Positions 49,770-60,789 of a stretch of 64,000 nucleotides of DNA are shown in pieces (the stretch's first letter is position 1; every line of letters begins with the position of its first letter). The stretch covers positions 5,035,775-5,099,774 of the forward strand of contig MU053482.1 in assembly GCA_013239625.1 (NCBI GenBank), given 5' to 3'. The position numbers and the translations under genes are program-made. This DNA comes from Lama guanicoe (taxonomy: Eukaryota). The notes under the pieces were generated by a model. It was not told where the DNA came from. It worked only from the letters and a program-made list of their open reading frames with translations, and did no database searches.

Positions 49770-50350
49770 CCAGAGTGATTCATTCAAAATGCTAATCTGA
49801 ATATATCATTTTTCTGCTCAAAACCTGTGTGTCATTTCCTATGAACTTCAGGTTGAGGCCCACGCTCCTGGGGGTGGTTTGGGACTCTCCATGCCCTAGC
49901 TGCCTCTCCAACCCCAGATCGTCCCTGCCTGACAACACAGGACACCGGACCTGCTGGTGGTGGCTCCCTGTACACACCTACACTCTGCGCTCACTTCCAG
50001 CATGCCCCACCACCAGGCCTTTGTTCATGCAGTCCCTCTGCCTAGATGCTCTACCCACTCTTCACCTGCAGCCACAGCCAGGTCACATCCTCCAGGAAGC
50101 CTTCTCTAAGCCCCAGGCTGTAGCTCTACCCCTCTGTGTGCTGCTGTGGTTCTTGGATTTAATTCTGTCCTTGTAGTCACCACACGACGTCACGCCTACT
50201 TGTATACGTCTCTGTCTCCACCACTACATGGCGAGCCTCTGGGGGTTAAAAATTGTCTCTTTTTTTCATCACTGCACCCCCAAGGTCCAGCAGAGAGTGT
50301 GACGTATAACGTGTATTAATAAATGCTAGGTGGGTGGATGATGGATGGAT
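49770..50350 (+). mobile_element. L2 3' region ending in a (GGAT)n / purine-rich tail that extends to ~50430
   Basis: aaatgctaatctgaatatatcatttttctgctcaaaacc, cacatcctccaggaagccttctct, aataaatgct..ggatggatg. Confidence 0.75.
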
Positions 50351-51652
50351 GAAGGAGAAAGAGGGAGGGAGGGAGAGGACAGAAGGAACGGGAAGGGGAA
50401 GGAGAGGGGAGCAGAGGCGGGGGAGGAAGCTTCTGCCTTAGGACAGTAGAGCGATGAGCAGCCAAGGCCCCCGACTCCACCCAGCTCCTGCCTGTGCTGT
50501 CAAGGCCGTGTACTTACGCCAAGTCACAGACGTCAAACACAAAACCATTTAAATAAAATGGCCAAAAAGGCAGAACTGCAGTGGTTGCCTGCGGCCCGTG
50601 CTAAGGGGAGGGGCTGAGCGCAGAGAGGCCGAGGAACCTCCTTAAGATGAGGGAACGGTCCTGTATCTTGATTATAGTATCCTCATAAATGGAAAAGAGG
50701 TAAAAACTGAAAAAGGCAGTGGCCTTGTGCAAGCTTCAGTTTCCTTGCCTGAAAAATGAAACTGGTGCTACTTGCCTCTCGGGGGGTTGTGTGGATTCAC
50801 CGAGTGGGACGTCACCTGACACGCTGCTGCTGGACGCCTGATGCACGGAGGGCTCTCAGGGAGCGACAGGGGCTAAGATACGGACGGGAGAGGAGACTCC
50901 GGCCCCACTGACACGGAGCCTGGCGCAGGGAGGAGGACGCGTGCTTTGCAGAACAGCGCACGAGAGTCCGATTCCTGTCTCTGCCGACAGTTAGCTCTGT
51001 GGCCGTGGGCAGATATGGTTCCTTCTGTGTTTGATTTCTCCTCCTCAACATATTGGTGGCAGTAACCACCTGGCCAGACATCATAATGGGAGAGTGCGAA
51101 ATTGATGAATAAAATATGCCTTTATCGTGCGCTTGGTCCTTGCCACTTGCAATTCTTTTCTGACACTTAATGTGAGAGGTATTTTCATGAATTTTAGAGA
51201 TGAGGAATCAGAGGCTCAGAGCTTGCCTTAGATTCATGGCTCACAGAGGCACAAACACACACACGTCCATAGAACCCAGAGATGAAGAAATTGGTTAGTA
51301 GGTAAAGCAGTGGTTTCAGCCCCAGTTTGTGTAACTCCAAAGACCATACTCTTGCCCAGTACAAAGCCACACGGCCAAACGCTGTGTGAATGTTGCTTAC
51401 CACTGGGGTAGGGAATGGTAGGGGCCAGAAGATATTAGCAGGGACACGGGTGCCACCAGCACTAGAAGGGCTGTCACCTGAAAGTTAACAGCCACTGGGG
51501 CCCACTCACGGCTGCTTGTCCACATACGGGGTCACTGGACAGCAGTTCTCTCTTCAGAATCTGAGGTTCATTTATGTTGTCATTGTCCAGAACGAGAAAG
51601 CTGGTCTATAAGAAAGTACCCCGTGACTCTTATTCTCTCTCTCTCTCTGTAG

Positions 51653-51755
51653 GTATTAATTGACTGGATTAACGATGTTTTGGTCGGAGAACGAATCATT
51701 GTGAAAGACCTGGCTGAAGACTTATACGATGGCCAAGTCCTGCAGAAGCTTTTTG
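51653..51755 (+). CDS. PARVA: Alpha-parvin coding exon (canonical exon 4; 103 nt, phase 0-1), CH1 calponin-homology domain
   Basis: Acceptor (ct)n-gtag|, donor G|gtaaga. Translates VLIDWINDVLVGERIIVKDLAEDLYDGQVLQKLF(E), containing the CH-domain DLYDGQVL motif, in frame with the two upstream exons. Confidence 0.97.
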
Positions 51756-51999
51756 GTAAGAGGCGAGTTGAATGGCACAGTGGATGTCTTCGGTCTCCTA
51801 GTTTGGAACTGTTTTCCCTTCACAGCGGTTCACCTGGGACGGGATAGAATGCATAGCGTGTCAGGCAACAGACAAGTAGGGCCGTCAGGTGTCCTCTTGG
51901 AGTCTCATAAATGAATTGCCTAGGGAGTCTCCACGGCCAGGTGGGGCTGCTCCGCCTCACCCTCTCCGGAAACCTGTGCACCTGTGGCCTCTGTAGGGA

Positions 52000-52240
52000 T
52001 ATTTGTGTGTGTGGAGGTGCATGTATGCGTCCGTATACCTCTGTCACCTGCGGACATGTGTACATGTGTGTGCGTGTGTGTGTACCTCTGTGATCTATGG
52101 CCCTGTGTGTATATCTCTAGGTTGGTGCAAGTGTATGTGCCTCTGTGACTGACGTTTGGCTCCTGTGTGTGTCTCTAGGTGTCTTGGCTCTGGAAAGGTG
52201 TGTGTCCCTGCGTCAGTTCACATCTGTTCGTGTGAACATG
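52000..52240. repeat. TG-rich low-complexity tract
   Basis: Interrupted (tg)n runs with recurring cctctgt/ctctagg units. Confidence 0.7.
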
Positions 52241-52499
52241 TCAGGCTGTGAGGGAGGACAAGGAGACTTCAGGGGTGATCTTAGCAGATCCACCTGAGTG
52301 GATTTGGACTTCCCCTCTCTGTTCCCCATTTTCTCTCATCCTAACCTCTGCCCCACGTTCTAGACTCTCCTTCTTAGCTGCCCACTAGGCCCCTCACGTT
52401 GAGCTCATCCACCTTCCTGAAGTCATTTCTTCCCCTCTGAGTGATTAGAACCCCTCTCCCTCTTCCTTACCCCCAGGGATGTGGGGTCTCCAAGGTCTG

Positions 52500-53375
52500 T
52501 TTCCTTTTGCCCAGAATTCTGTCCTGCATCCATCCTACTGCCACGTTCACTTGTCTGAACTGTCAGAACAATTTCCAGACTCACCTCTTTGCCTCCCATC
52601 TCATCTCCCCCAACCCATTTCCCACACTGCTAGTGGAGGAATGTTCTAAATCGCGAATCTAATCCCCCCAGGACTCTCTCCCTACCTGTGGACAAAGTCC
52701 CAGCGCGTTAGCACCGCATTCAAGACCTTTCATCCTCTGACCCCCAGCTGTCTGGCCAGCCTCACCTCCGGCCGCGCACACAGGTGGCTCATGTGATGTG
52801 GAGGGTTTAGAATAGTGCCTGACGCACAGTGCGTGCCGGTCAATGTCCTTCGTCATTCATTTCCATTGTTGGTGATTTATTGTTTACGAATGCTGTCACC
52901 ACATGACTACACACACCTCCCTACTTTCACCCTTGCTATTCCTTCTGCCTCTGAGGCCCTTCTTCCTCCTTTATCCACCAGGGCAAACCATTACCGCCCA
53001 TCCTTCCAACTTCTAGAGTCAACTGAATGTGCCTCCCTCTCACAGCCCTCACAACACAGTCACATCGGGGAGAGACAGTCCCGCGTTCTTCTGTGTTTCC
53101 TTGCATATAGATACACACACTCATATACAGAACATATGTGCCTTTATTATAGAGATGCATATATATAATATACATGCTGTTGTCATATAGACACACATAT
53201 AATACGCATGCCTTTATTATTATAAGACAGTTTACGTCGTTTGCTGCTGTTTATGTAAGCGTGTGTGAGCTTCTCAAGGGCAGGAACCATGCTGTATTTA
53301 TTTGTCCAGTCTTCTCCAGTATTAACACATGTTGCTGAGCATGTAATCAATGTATATTGAATGAATGAATGAATA
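52500..53375 (+). mobile_element. L2 3' region
   Basis: catccatcctactgccac, gcattcaagacctttca, gtgagcttctcaagggcaggaaccatg, ttgaatgaatgaatgaa. Confidence 0.75.
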
Positions 53376-53999
53376 ATATAAAATCTAGTCATTTCTAGGA
53401 AGCTAAGCTGATTTGGTACTCAAACATCAATATGAATGAGTGTTAATATTTAAAGGCTTGTAAATGCAACGGAACATGGAGAGGGAATGAGACAGGCGGA
53501 GATGGAAGAGCCATGAGCCCCACTGAGCATCTTTCTTAGTGACTGTAGCTTTTAACTCCACCAGCAAATTTCTAAGCAGGCTCTGAGACTGTCTCAAATT
53601 GTTCCACGCTGGGCTTTCAAAGCAAGGGTGGAACATGGCTGTGGAGCAATGGAACGTGGTTGTGAAGCAATCTTGCCTCCGGGAATGGTTACAAAACCTT
53701 CCAGCATCACATCCGTGCGGCCCCGAGTCAGGCACCCAGTGCAAAGTCAGATTAGATCATTTCAGATCTCAACTTCATGTTGAAGAGGTGATTCACAACA
53801 GAGGTGCTGCTGCTTTTGTCAGCTCAAGTTTGGGTCCTTTGTGGGTCTAGGGCTAGACAGACACATTCAAAAGCCACAGGCAGGGTACCCAGTGGAGAGA
53901 GCGGGTTTGCAGTTAAAAACATGCATCAGGTGCTCCCAGGAGAAGGAATCGGTCTGGAGCTAGAGTTTTGGGTGACCCCCCCGACCTCGAGTTCCCCTC

Positions 54000-54650
54000 C
54001 AGCTATTTTTCTTTCTTCTTTCCCAACCAAGTTTCTCAAAAGAATGTTTGGCACTCCGTCTATCTGCTTCCTCACCACTAATCATTCCCTGTCGAGGTAC
54101 GGGCTGGGTGCCACCATCTCTCCATCAACTTTTCCTCCCCGGGTCACCAGTGTCAGCTCAGACCTCCTCCTGTGCTGTGGCATTTGACACGCTAAACATC
54201 CCTTCCCCCCTCCCCGGCCTGGAGGTTTCTTGCTTCCCTGGGTCCCTTGCACCTCTGATGCCCACTTCTCAGTCCTCCGCACACATTCTTTCCGTAATGG
54301 CTGGGGTTCTTCCGTCTTCCACCCCTGGCCCTCCTCTCTCTTTCTTCCATACCCTCTTCCTGGGGGGTTTCATCTCCTCCTACGATTTCAGCCGTCATCT
54401 ATATGATCATCACCCTCATATCTACATCTCTGCAACGGCTTTCTCTTTGAAATTGTAAGTGAAGTTATCTTTTAACTGCCCTCCAAACATGCCCACCTGG
54501 ATGTCACATAGTCACCTTGTATCCAGCCTGCCCCAGACTGAGCTAATAGTCCTCTTCAACAGCAAACCCATTCCGTTTTCCACCTTGATGAGTGGTGGTA
54601 CCACCACAGATTAGAAACCTGGGGGTCATCCTGGTTTGCTCCCTCTTCTT
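54000..54650 (+). mobile_element. L2 reverse-transcriptase core remnant
   Basis: Translation AFDT...GVLPSSTPGPPLSFFHTLFLGGFISSYDFSRHLYDHHPHIYIS aligns by eye to L2 RT [43 protein letters not shown]. The catalytic YADD is lost. Confidence 0.8.
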
Positions 54651-54994
54651 CCCGCACTGTTAGTCACAATTCTCGCAACCTTATTCCCATATATGTGTGT
54701 CTGTTTGTGTCAAACCCATCCCATTAGTACACGTGCAGCACTGAGAAGAGTGACTGGCTCGCTGGGTGCTGGGTGCTGGGAGCTGGTGCTTTCACCACTG
54801 TCTTCCAGCCCCACTGCTGCCCCCAGAGCTCAGAACCTCATCGTTTCCCTTGGCTTCTCTGGCTGTGAAGTCCTTTGCTGCATGTTATGCTCTTCCCTGC
54901 CTTGAGAACACTCAGCGGAGTTCTTCCAGATCTTCTTTATATTTCATGATTTGTCTTAACACTTAAACAAACTCATAGCCCATTCATCACTGTT

Positions 54995-56110
54995 TCTTTA
55001 AAACTTTTTTATTTTGAACTGGCTTTAGCTGTCTAGTGGACTTGCAGAGACAGCCCAGGGAGTTCCCATCTCCCTCCACTCAGCTTCCTCTCATGGTAAC
55101 GTCTTACCAACCATGGGACAGGCATCGAAACCAAGGAATTATCTTCAAGACACAATGCTTAGCTAAATCACAGAGTTTTTTTGGATTTCACCAGTTTTTA
55201 CTTTCATGTCCTTTTTTGGTTCTAGGAGGTAATCCAGGATCCCCGATGACATTTAGTTGTCACATGTCCTGAGTCTCCTCCCATCCGGGACAGTCTTTCT
55301 GGTCTTTCATGACCGTGGTGTTTTGGAGAGGATTGGTTGGTTATTTTGCAGAATGGCCCCCGGTTTAGGTTTGTCTGATGTTTCCTCACGATTAGATTGC
55401 GGCTATGTGTTTCGGGGAAGGACACCACGGAAGTGGAGTGTCCTGCTCAGTGTGTCCTTTCAGGGAGGACATGATGATGTCAGCATGAATTGTCACTGCT
55501 GGTGGTCACCTTGACCGCTTGGTTAAGGTGGTGTCGGCCAGATATCTTCACTTTTTCTCTTTGTAATTAATATATTTGCAGGGAGATACTTTAAGACCGT
55601 GAATGCCTTGTTTCTCCTTGCACTCCTCCCACTAACTGCAGTCGGTGGAGCGTGTCTGCCGCAGTTGTCACTGTGGTGGCCTAATGGAGGTTTTCTGTTT
55701 TTCTGTTTTCCTATTCCCTCCGCATTCGTGAGTTGGAAGTCTTCTGTAAGGAAAAGCTGTCCTTTGTTTCCCACCTACTTATTAATTCAGTGTTAATTTA
55801 TGTCAGTACGAGTGCAAGGATACTCACTTCATACTTTAGGTTATAATCCGGTGCTGTCATCCTTCATGTCTTGTTCATACACCTCCAGCCTCGACCACTG
55901 GGCGCTCCTTCAGGTTGGCTCCCGGGCACTTCCTGAACATGCTGCCCCGTATTTTTCCTTAGCATTTCCTTACTTTCTGATATCATAAGATGCTCCAGGC
56001 TCATCTTCTGTTTCACTTTTACTTTGGCCCTGGAATCAACTACCTCTCCAAGGAGCCGCAGGCTCTTTTATTAGAGAATGATGTTTAGAAATTAGTATCT
56101 GGGCATTTTA
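54995..56110 (-). mobile_element. L1MC-type 3' UTR
   Basis: aaacttttttattttgaa, gacatttagttgtca, tttgtctgatgtttcctcacgattagatt, taagatgctccaggctcatctt. Confidence 0.8.
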
Positions 56111-56769
56111 CTTTGTGTTTTTAACTTGCTACCTGTTGCACAAATAAACATCTCTGTGTAGGGGTGGTACTATTACCTGGTGGTACTAAGGTGAATCAGG
56201 TATGATCATTTCCACAAATTCAGCTTCAGACTGTGCTGGAGCTGATCATGGAGAGTAGGAAGGGGCTGAGTTTGGGACTAGGAAACTTAACTATGAAATA
56301 CTGGCACTTAAAAAAAGAAAAAAGTGGCATAGGGACCTCCAGGAGTCCAGATGTGCCAGCGTGGGGACAGGATATGGATCTGGATTCCAGGAAGCCATGC
56401 TGGTGACACCGTGGAGCAGGGACTCAACCCACAGATTAACAAGATGCTGAGGCAGGGATCCCCCAGCAAAAGGCTGCGTGTGTTATTGTTACGATGAAAT
56501 TCTGAAGAGGTGAGCATCCCTGAGGTGACAGGTGAACTGTCTGCTTGGGTGTTCTCTAATAATGGGCTCTGAGAGGGGGCATCATGCCTGGTGTGGCCAG
56601 ATGCTACTTGCTCAGCCTCAAAGTCCAGTCTGCTTGCCCTTCTCAGGGTCCCTAGGCATGTCTAGGGGGTTATTCTGGCACAGCCTCCCCCAGGTCCTTC
56701 TCTCCGAGCTGCCTAACCCAGCTGCCCACTGCTGTCTCTGTGCTCTGTGTCTTCCCTCTTGCCTGGCAA

Positions 56770-57620
56770 CAGATCTGAGTTGAGGTTTTCCTGGAAGTAG
56801 GTACTGAAACAAGGACTTGGGTGGAGGAACTTTACATGAGAGGTGATCTTAGAAAGTACAAAACATCAAGTAAGGAGTGTAAGAGAGAAATGCTGTTCAG
56901 TGTGTATTAATAAGGGTGACAGCTCTGTTTGCGACCAGGGCTCAGTGCTGCAGGGGTCCGTCTGAGAAACCAGGTGACACCACACCTCAAAATCACCCTC
57001 CCCAGGACAGGGAGTCAGGGGCATTTATCCTATGGCTCTCATCACCCTGTGGTTGAGGATTGTGTAGGAATTAAGAACCTCTGGATTGTACTCCTGGTGG
57101 AGAAGGAGAAAGCTTCAGGACCAGAGATGGGTCCCGCCGGTGTGCTGAGAGCCGCCTGCAGCTGCAGGTGAATGCAGGTGGGCCAAGGGGCTCCGGGAAG
57201 GAGCGTCAGCATCGCACTGTAAGGGCTCCTCCTCCCAATACAGGCCATTTCTCTGTACCACTGGCGTCACTGCCTGGGAGAAATCAGATACTGGCCACTC
57301 TGACCTTCCTCTTTATGACACCAATTCCCCATCCTTTCACAGCCATTTCCACACCTCAGAACAAAAGCTTCCCACCCCCCAGAATGAAGAAGTTCCCCCT
57401 TACCCAATTCCAAAAGTTCATCTCATTTCTGATCCCAGGATCGGCCTCTCCTCAGGGTGATCGGTGGAGGCAGCATCCTCAGTCCCCCTGGGTATACTCG
57501 TACCCAGGGCACAAATAACACAGTCTCTGAGTGGTCCAAAGTTGGGACACATTTCCCAGTGTCTCAGTATGCGTCCGTGGTCCCCTTGCTACATTCACAT
57601 CCCCAACACCCAGGCGATAG
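56770..57620. mobile_element. Probable ancient ERVL LTR (LTR33/LTR16-like) with adjacent internal fragment
   Basis: ggttttcctggaagtaggtactgaaacaaggacttgggtgg...gaggtgatc, ggggcatttatcc. The assignment is tentative. Confidence 0.45.
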
Positions 57621-58439
57621 ACGTGACTGAGTGAGAAAGGCAGGAGGCGAAGGGGTCTAGGGAAAAGCTTACACCAGATCATCTTTTCATTTGACCGTGG
57701 GCTGCTGCCTGTTTCTTATTGAGGTTTCCTGTCTTGGGACAGCTCTGCACGTTTCCTTATGGTATGTTTGATTCCCCTGATCCTTATCTTTGCACATGTG
57801 CATGTAACTAGGAACAGAAAAGGACTGTTTTGAGGGATGAAAAGTCATAAAGCTCTTCCTTCTAGTTTTTCAATAGCTTATGACTCAAACAGGGTATCTT
57901 CTCCAGGCATGAGACCAAGAAGGGTACCAGGGGCATTAAAGGTTTGACAGGAGGATGTTTTGTTTTGTGTTGGGTTATGTGTGTGTGTGTGTTTTTTTTT
58001 CCTGGTAGATGCTAAAGAGTACATCTTACACTGACCTTAATCTACCTTAATCTAGTCAATCAATATTCATCAAGCAACAACTATTTGATTTGCCAAATAC
58101 TACAGCTGAGTTTAGGGATGTAGAAGTCAGTACATCACAGTGCCACCTTCAGGTAACTCACAGCCTGGTATCATGAAGGGGTTGTTGAGTTAGAGTTTGG
58201 GGCTGTGGGCTGTCAAGTTAGAGTTTTGGAAAGGCATCATGAAAGAGGAGGCGTTTTGATTCGGGCCTTCTGGAAGGAGCAGAATTTCAACCAGATGAAG
58301 GAGAACAACACTCTAGTCAAAAACGTTGCCAGTAAAGCTCTGTTGATTTTGGTATGAGTGGAGGAAGAGGGTCGTAGAGACAGGAGAACATGGGTAGGTG
58401 ATGGTCAGGATTGGTTGAATGGGGTCTGTAGCTAAGAAA

Positions 58440-59440
58440 GAAGCTGGGACCTAGCACCAGTCTCCAATAATAGAAACCAGGGCTTCTGGAGTATCAGGTA
58501 GTAGCAGACTCTAGGACTGGAGCAGGGCATACAGAAGATGAGCCTGGAGTGTCTTGTGGTGCCAAAAAGAGGTGCCAAGGGAAAAAAAATACACCTGTGG
58601 GGCAGCATGTTGAACGTGTTCAGGACCATCTGAAAGAGCTCCCAGTGGCTAAAGGTGGAACAACTTGAGAAAAAAAAATAATACTGGATTATAACCCAAA
58701 GTCTAAAATAAATATACTTAAATCCTTATTAATATCAATAAAAATAGCTGACTAAATGAGGGAAAAGGGACGATTCTTCCTCACAGAATAGTTCCAAATA
58801 AGTTACGAATTTACAACTCCTTCAAGGATGTAGAGGTTCACTCCCCACCCCTTGAGTAGACTAGATTTAGTGACTGGCTTCCAATAATTAGGGTATGGAG
58901 CTGGGGGTGGGGGGGCGCAAATAGCCTTACAGTGGAGGAACCTGGTATAGACACTAATTTGTCCAAATCAAAGTTAGCATCACCAGTGATAAGTCATGTT
59001 GATAGCATGTGACTTTGATAGGATGTGATGAAAAGGGCACTTCACTTCTGTGATCTTCCTCCCCAGAGTCCCCAGTCTAACCGTTAAAAAAAAAATAGGA
59101 AAAACCCAGGACTCCTCGAAACTGTCAAGGTCATGAAAAACCAGGAATCTCTAAAAAATGATCATAGAACGGAGAAGACTAGGGGGATAGTGATGAGTAG
59201 GTACGACTAGAAAAAGGACATTAGGGAAAAATTAGTGAAACCCAAATAAACCATGGAGTTTAGTTACTAGTCATGTGCCACTGTCAGTTCATTAGTTTTG
59301 ACAAATGCACCATAATAATTAATGTAAGATGTTATTAACAAGAGGTGAACCTGGATTTAGAGTATGTAGGAACCATCTGAAGTGCCATTTCAGCTTTCCT
59401 ATAAATCTGAAAAACATTCTAAAATGAAAAATTTGTTTAA
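58440..59440 (+). mobile_element. L1MC-type 3' UTR inserted in a minus-strand L2
   Basis: aagatgagcctggag, catcaccagtgataagtcatgttgatagcatgt, aactgtcaaggtcatgaaaa, ttttgacaaatgcaccat, terminal attctaaaatgaaaaatttgtttaaa. Confidence 0.8.
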
Positions 59441-59980
59441 AGAAAGATGATGAGTTTGCATTATAAAGGATTAAGAATTTTAGACTTCATTCGGTGGGCA
59501 GGGGTAACTGCTGATGGCTTGTGAGCAAATTGACATGATCAGAAATGGAGCTTTAAGATGATGACCTAGGAGCACAGGAGGGTTGCTTAGAAGAAGTAGA
59601 GGAAACTCCAGCAAAACATCTCTTTGTGAAATAATGATTCCGTCGAACTAGAGGAGCAGCAGTATAGTCAGGGAAAAGCTTTATGAGAACTAGTGATGTA
59701 GGGAATGAGCAGCTAAAGTAGACGAGGCTGACTCTCAGGTGGATATTAGATGGGGATGGCTCCATGAATTCCAGGAGGAGCAGCAGCTTGAAGAGTTTGA
59801 GAGTAGCTGCCCCACACCCAAAGTAGTACCAGGCTGAAGTAGCAGCTATGCTAAAATTGAAAGAGAAATGAAGGGAAAGGTAGGAGATCTGAGTACCAAT
59901 CTTGGTTCCGCCAAAATATTTCTCGGCAGTTCAGGTCACTCTTCTGTAAAACCAGGACAATGGCTTGTACAACCTTACAG

Positions 59981-60177
59981 CTGAGCTGTCCAGTACAGTG
60001 CCCACTAGCCACATGTAGCTATTAAAAGTAACTGAAATTAAAAATTCATTTACTTAGTCACACCAGCTACATTTCAGGCGCTCCCTAGCCAAATGTGTCT
60101 GGTGGCTACCATATTGGATACTGTGGAAATGAGCATTTCCATCATAGCAGAAAGTTCTTTTGGACTTTAAAGCATTG
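59981..60177 (-). mobile_element. MER3 MITE
   Basis: ctgagctgtccagtacag..cccactagccacatgtagctatt...catttccatcatagcagaaagttct. Confidence 0.85.
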
Positions 60178-60789
60178 CTCTAAAGCCTTTCTGCTGTAAT
60201 AGTCATTGATTCTTGGCTAGTTGAAGATAATGTATAATGCTATTCTTATTCTGGATGAGGGGTTTTCTGGTCTCTGAAAAACTCAGAAGTTGGATAAAAA
60301 TCTTTTTATTGTTCTTTTATTTATAAGTAGTAGAGACTCTCTCTCAAGTGTCTTACTAAGTAAAAGTATGGTGCAGAATTGTGTGTATATGTACGTCGCT
60401 GTGTGTGCATTAAGAGACACATCTAATGCTTGAGTATGTAGAGAATGTCTCTGGTAAGTCACAGTAAACTATAGATTTTTTTCATGTTTATATATTAATT
60501 TTATGAAAAGTGATAGAGTATTCATGTAAGTTTTAGTAACGGAACTGAATCTATCAGTAGATATCAAATAATACTTCATACATTTCAACAGCTATCCCAA
60601 GTGAAATAGGAAGAAAAGGAAACTACCTAAATATGATAAAGACCATTTATACGAAATCTAACAGTGAACACATTAAATAGTGAGCTATCAAAGACATGGC
60701 ATGAGGAATAAGTCAGAGATGATGGCTATCACCACCATTTTAAGTGTTTGGGATATTACTGATTAACATAATAAGGTAAGGAAATAGAT

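Noticed and set aside
48927..51755. PARVB/PARVG or a parvin pseudogene
   Set aside because: The residues (GMNAINLPLSPIPFELDP, VGERIIVKDLAED) are alpha-parvin-type. Canonical introns and an intact frame argue against a pseudogene.
54048..54458. RT-like ORF as a domesticated reverse transcriptase
   Set aside because: The catalytic YADD has decayed to YDHH, the ORF is short, and the context is a standard L2 fossil.
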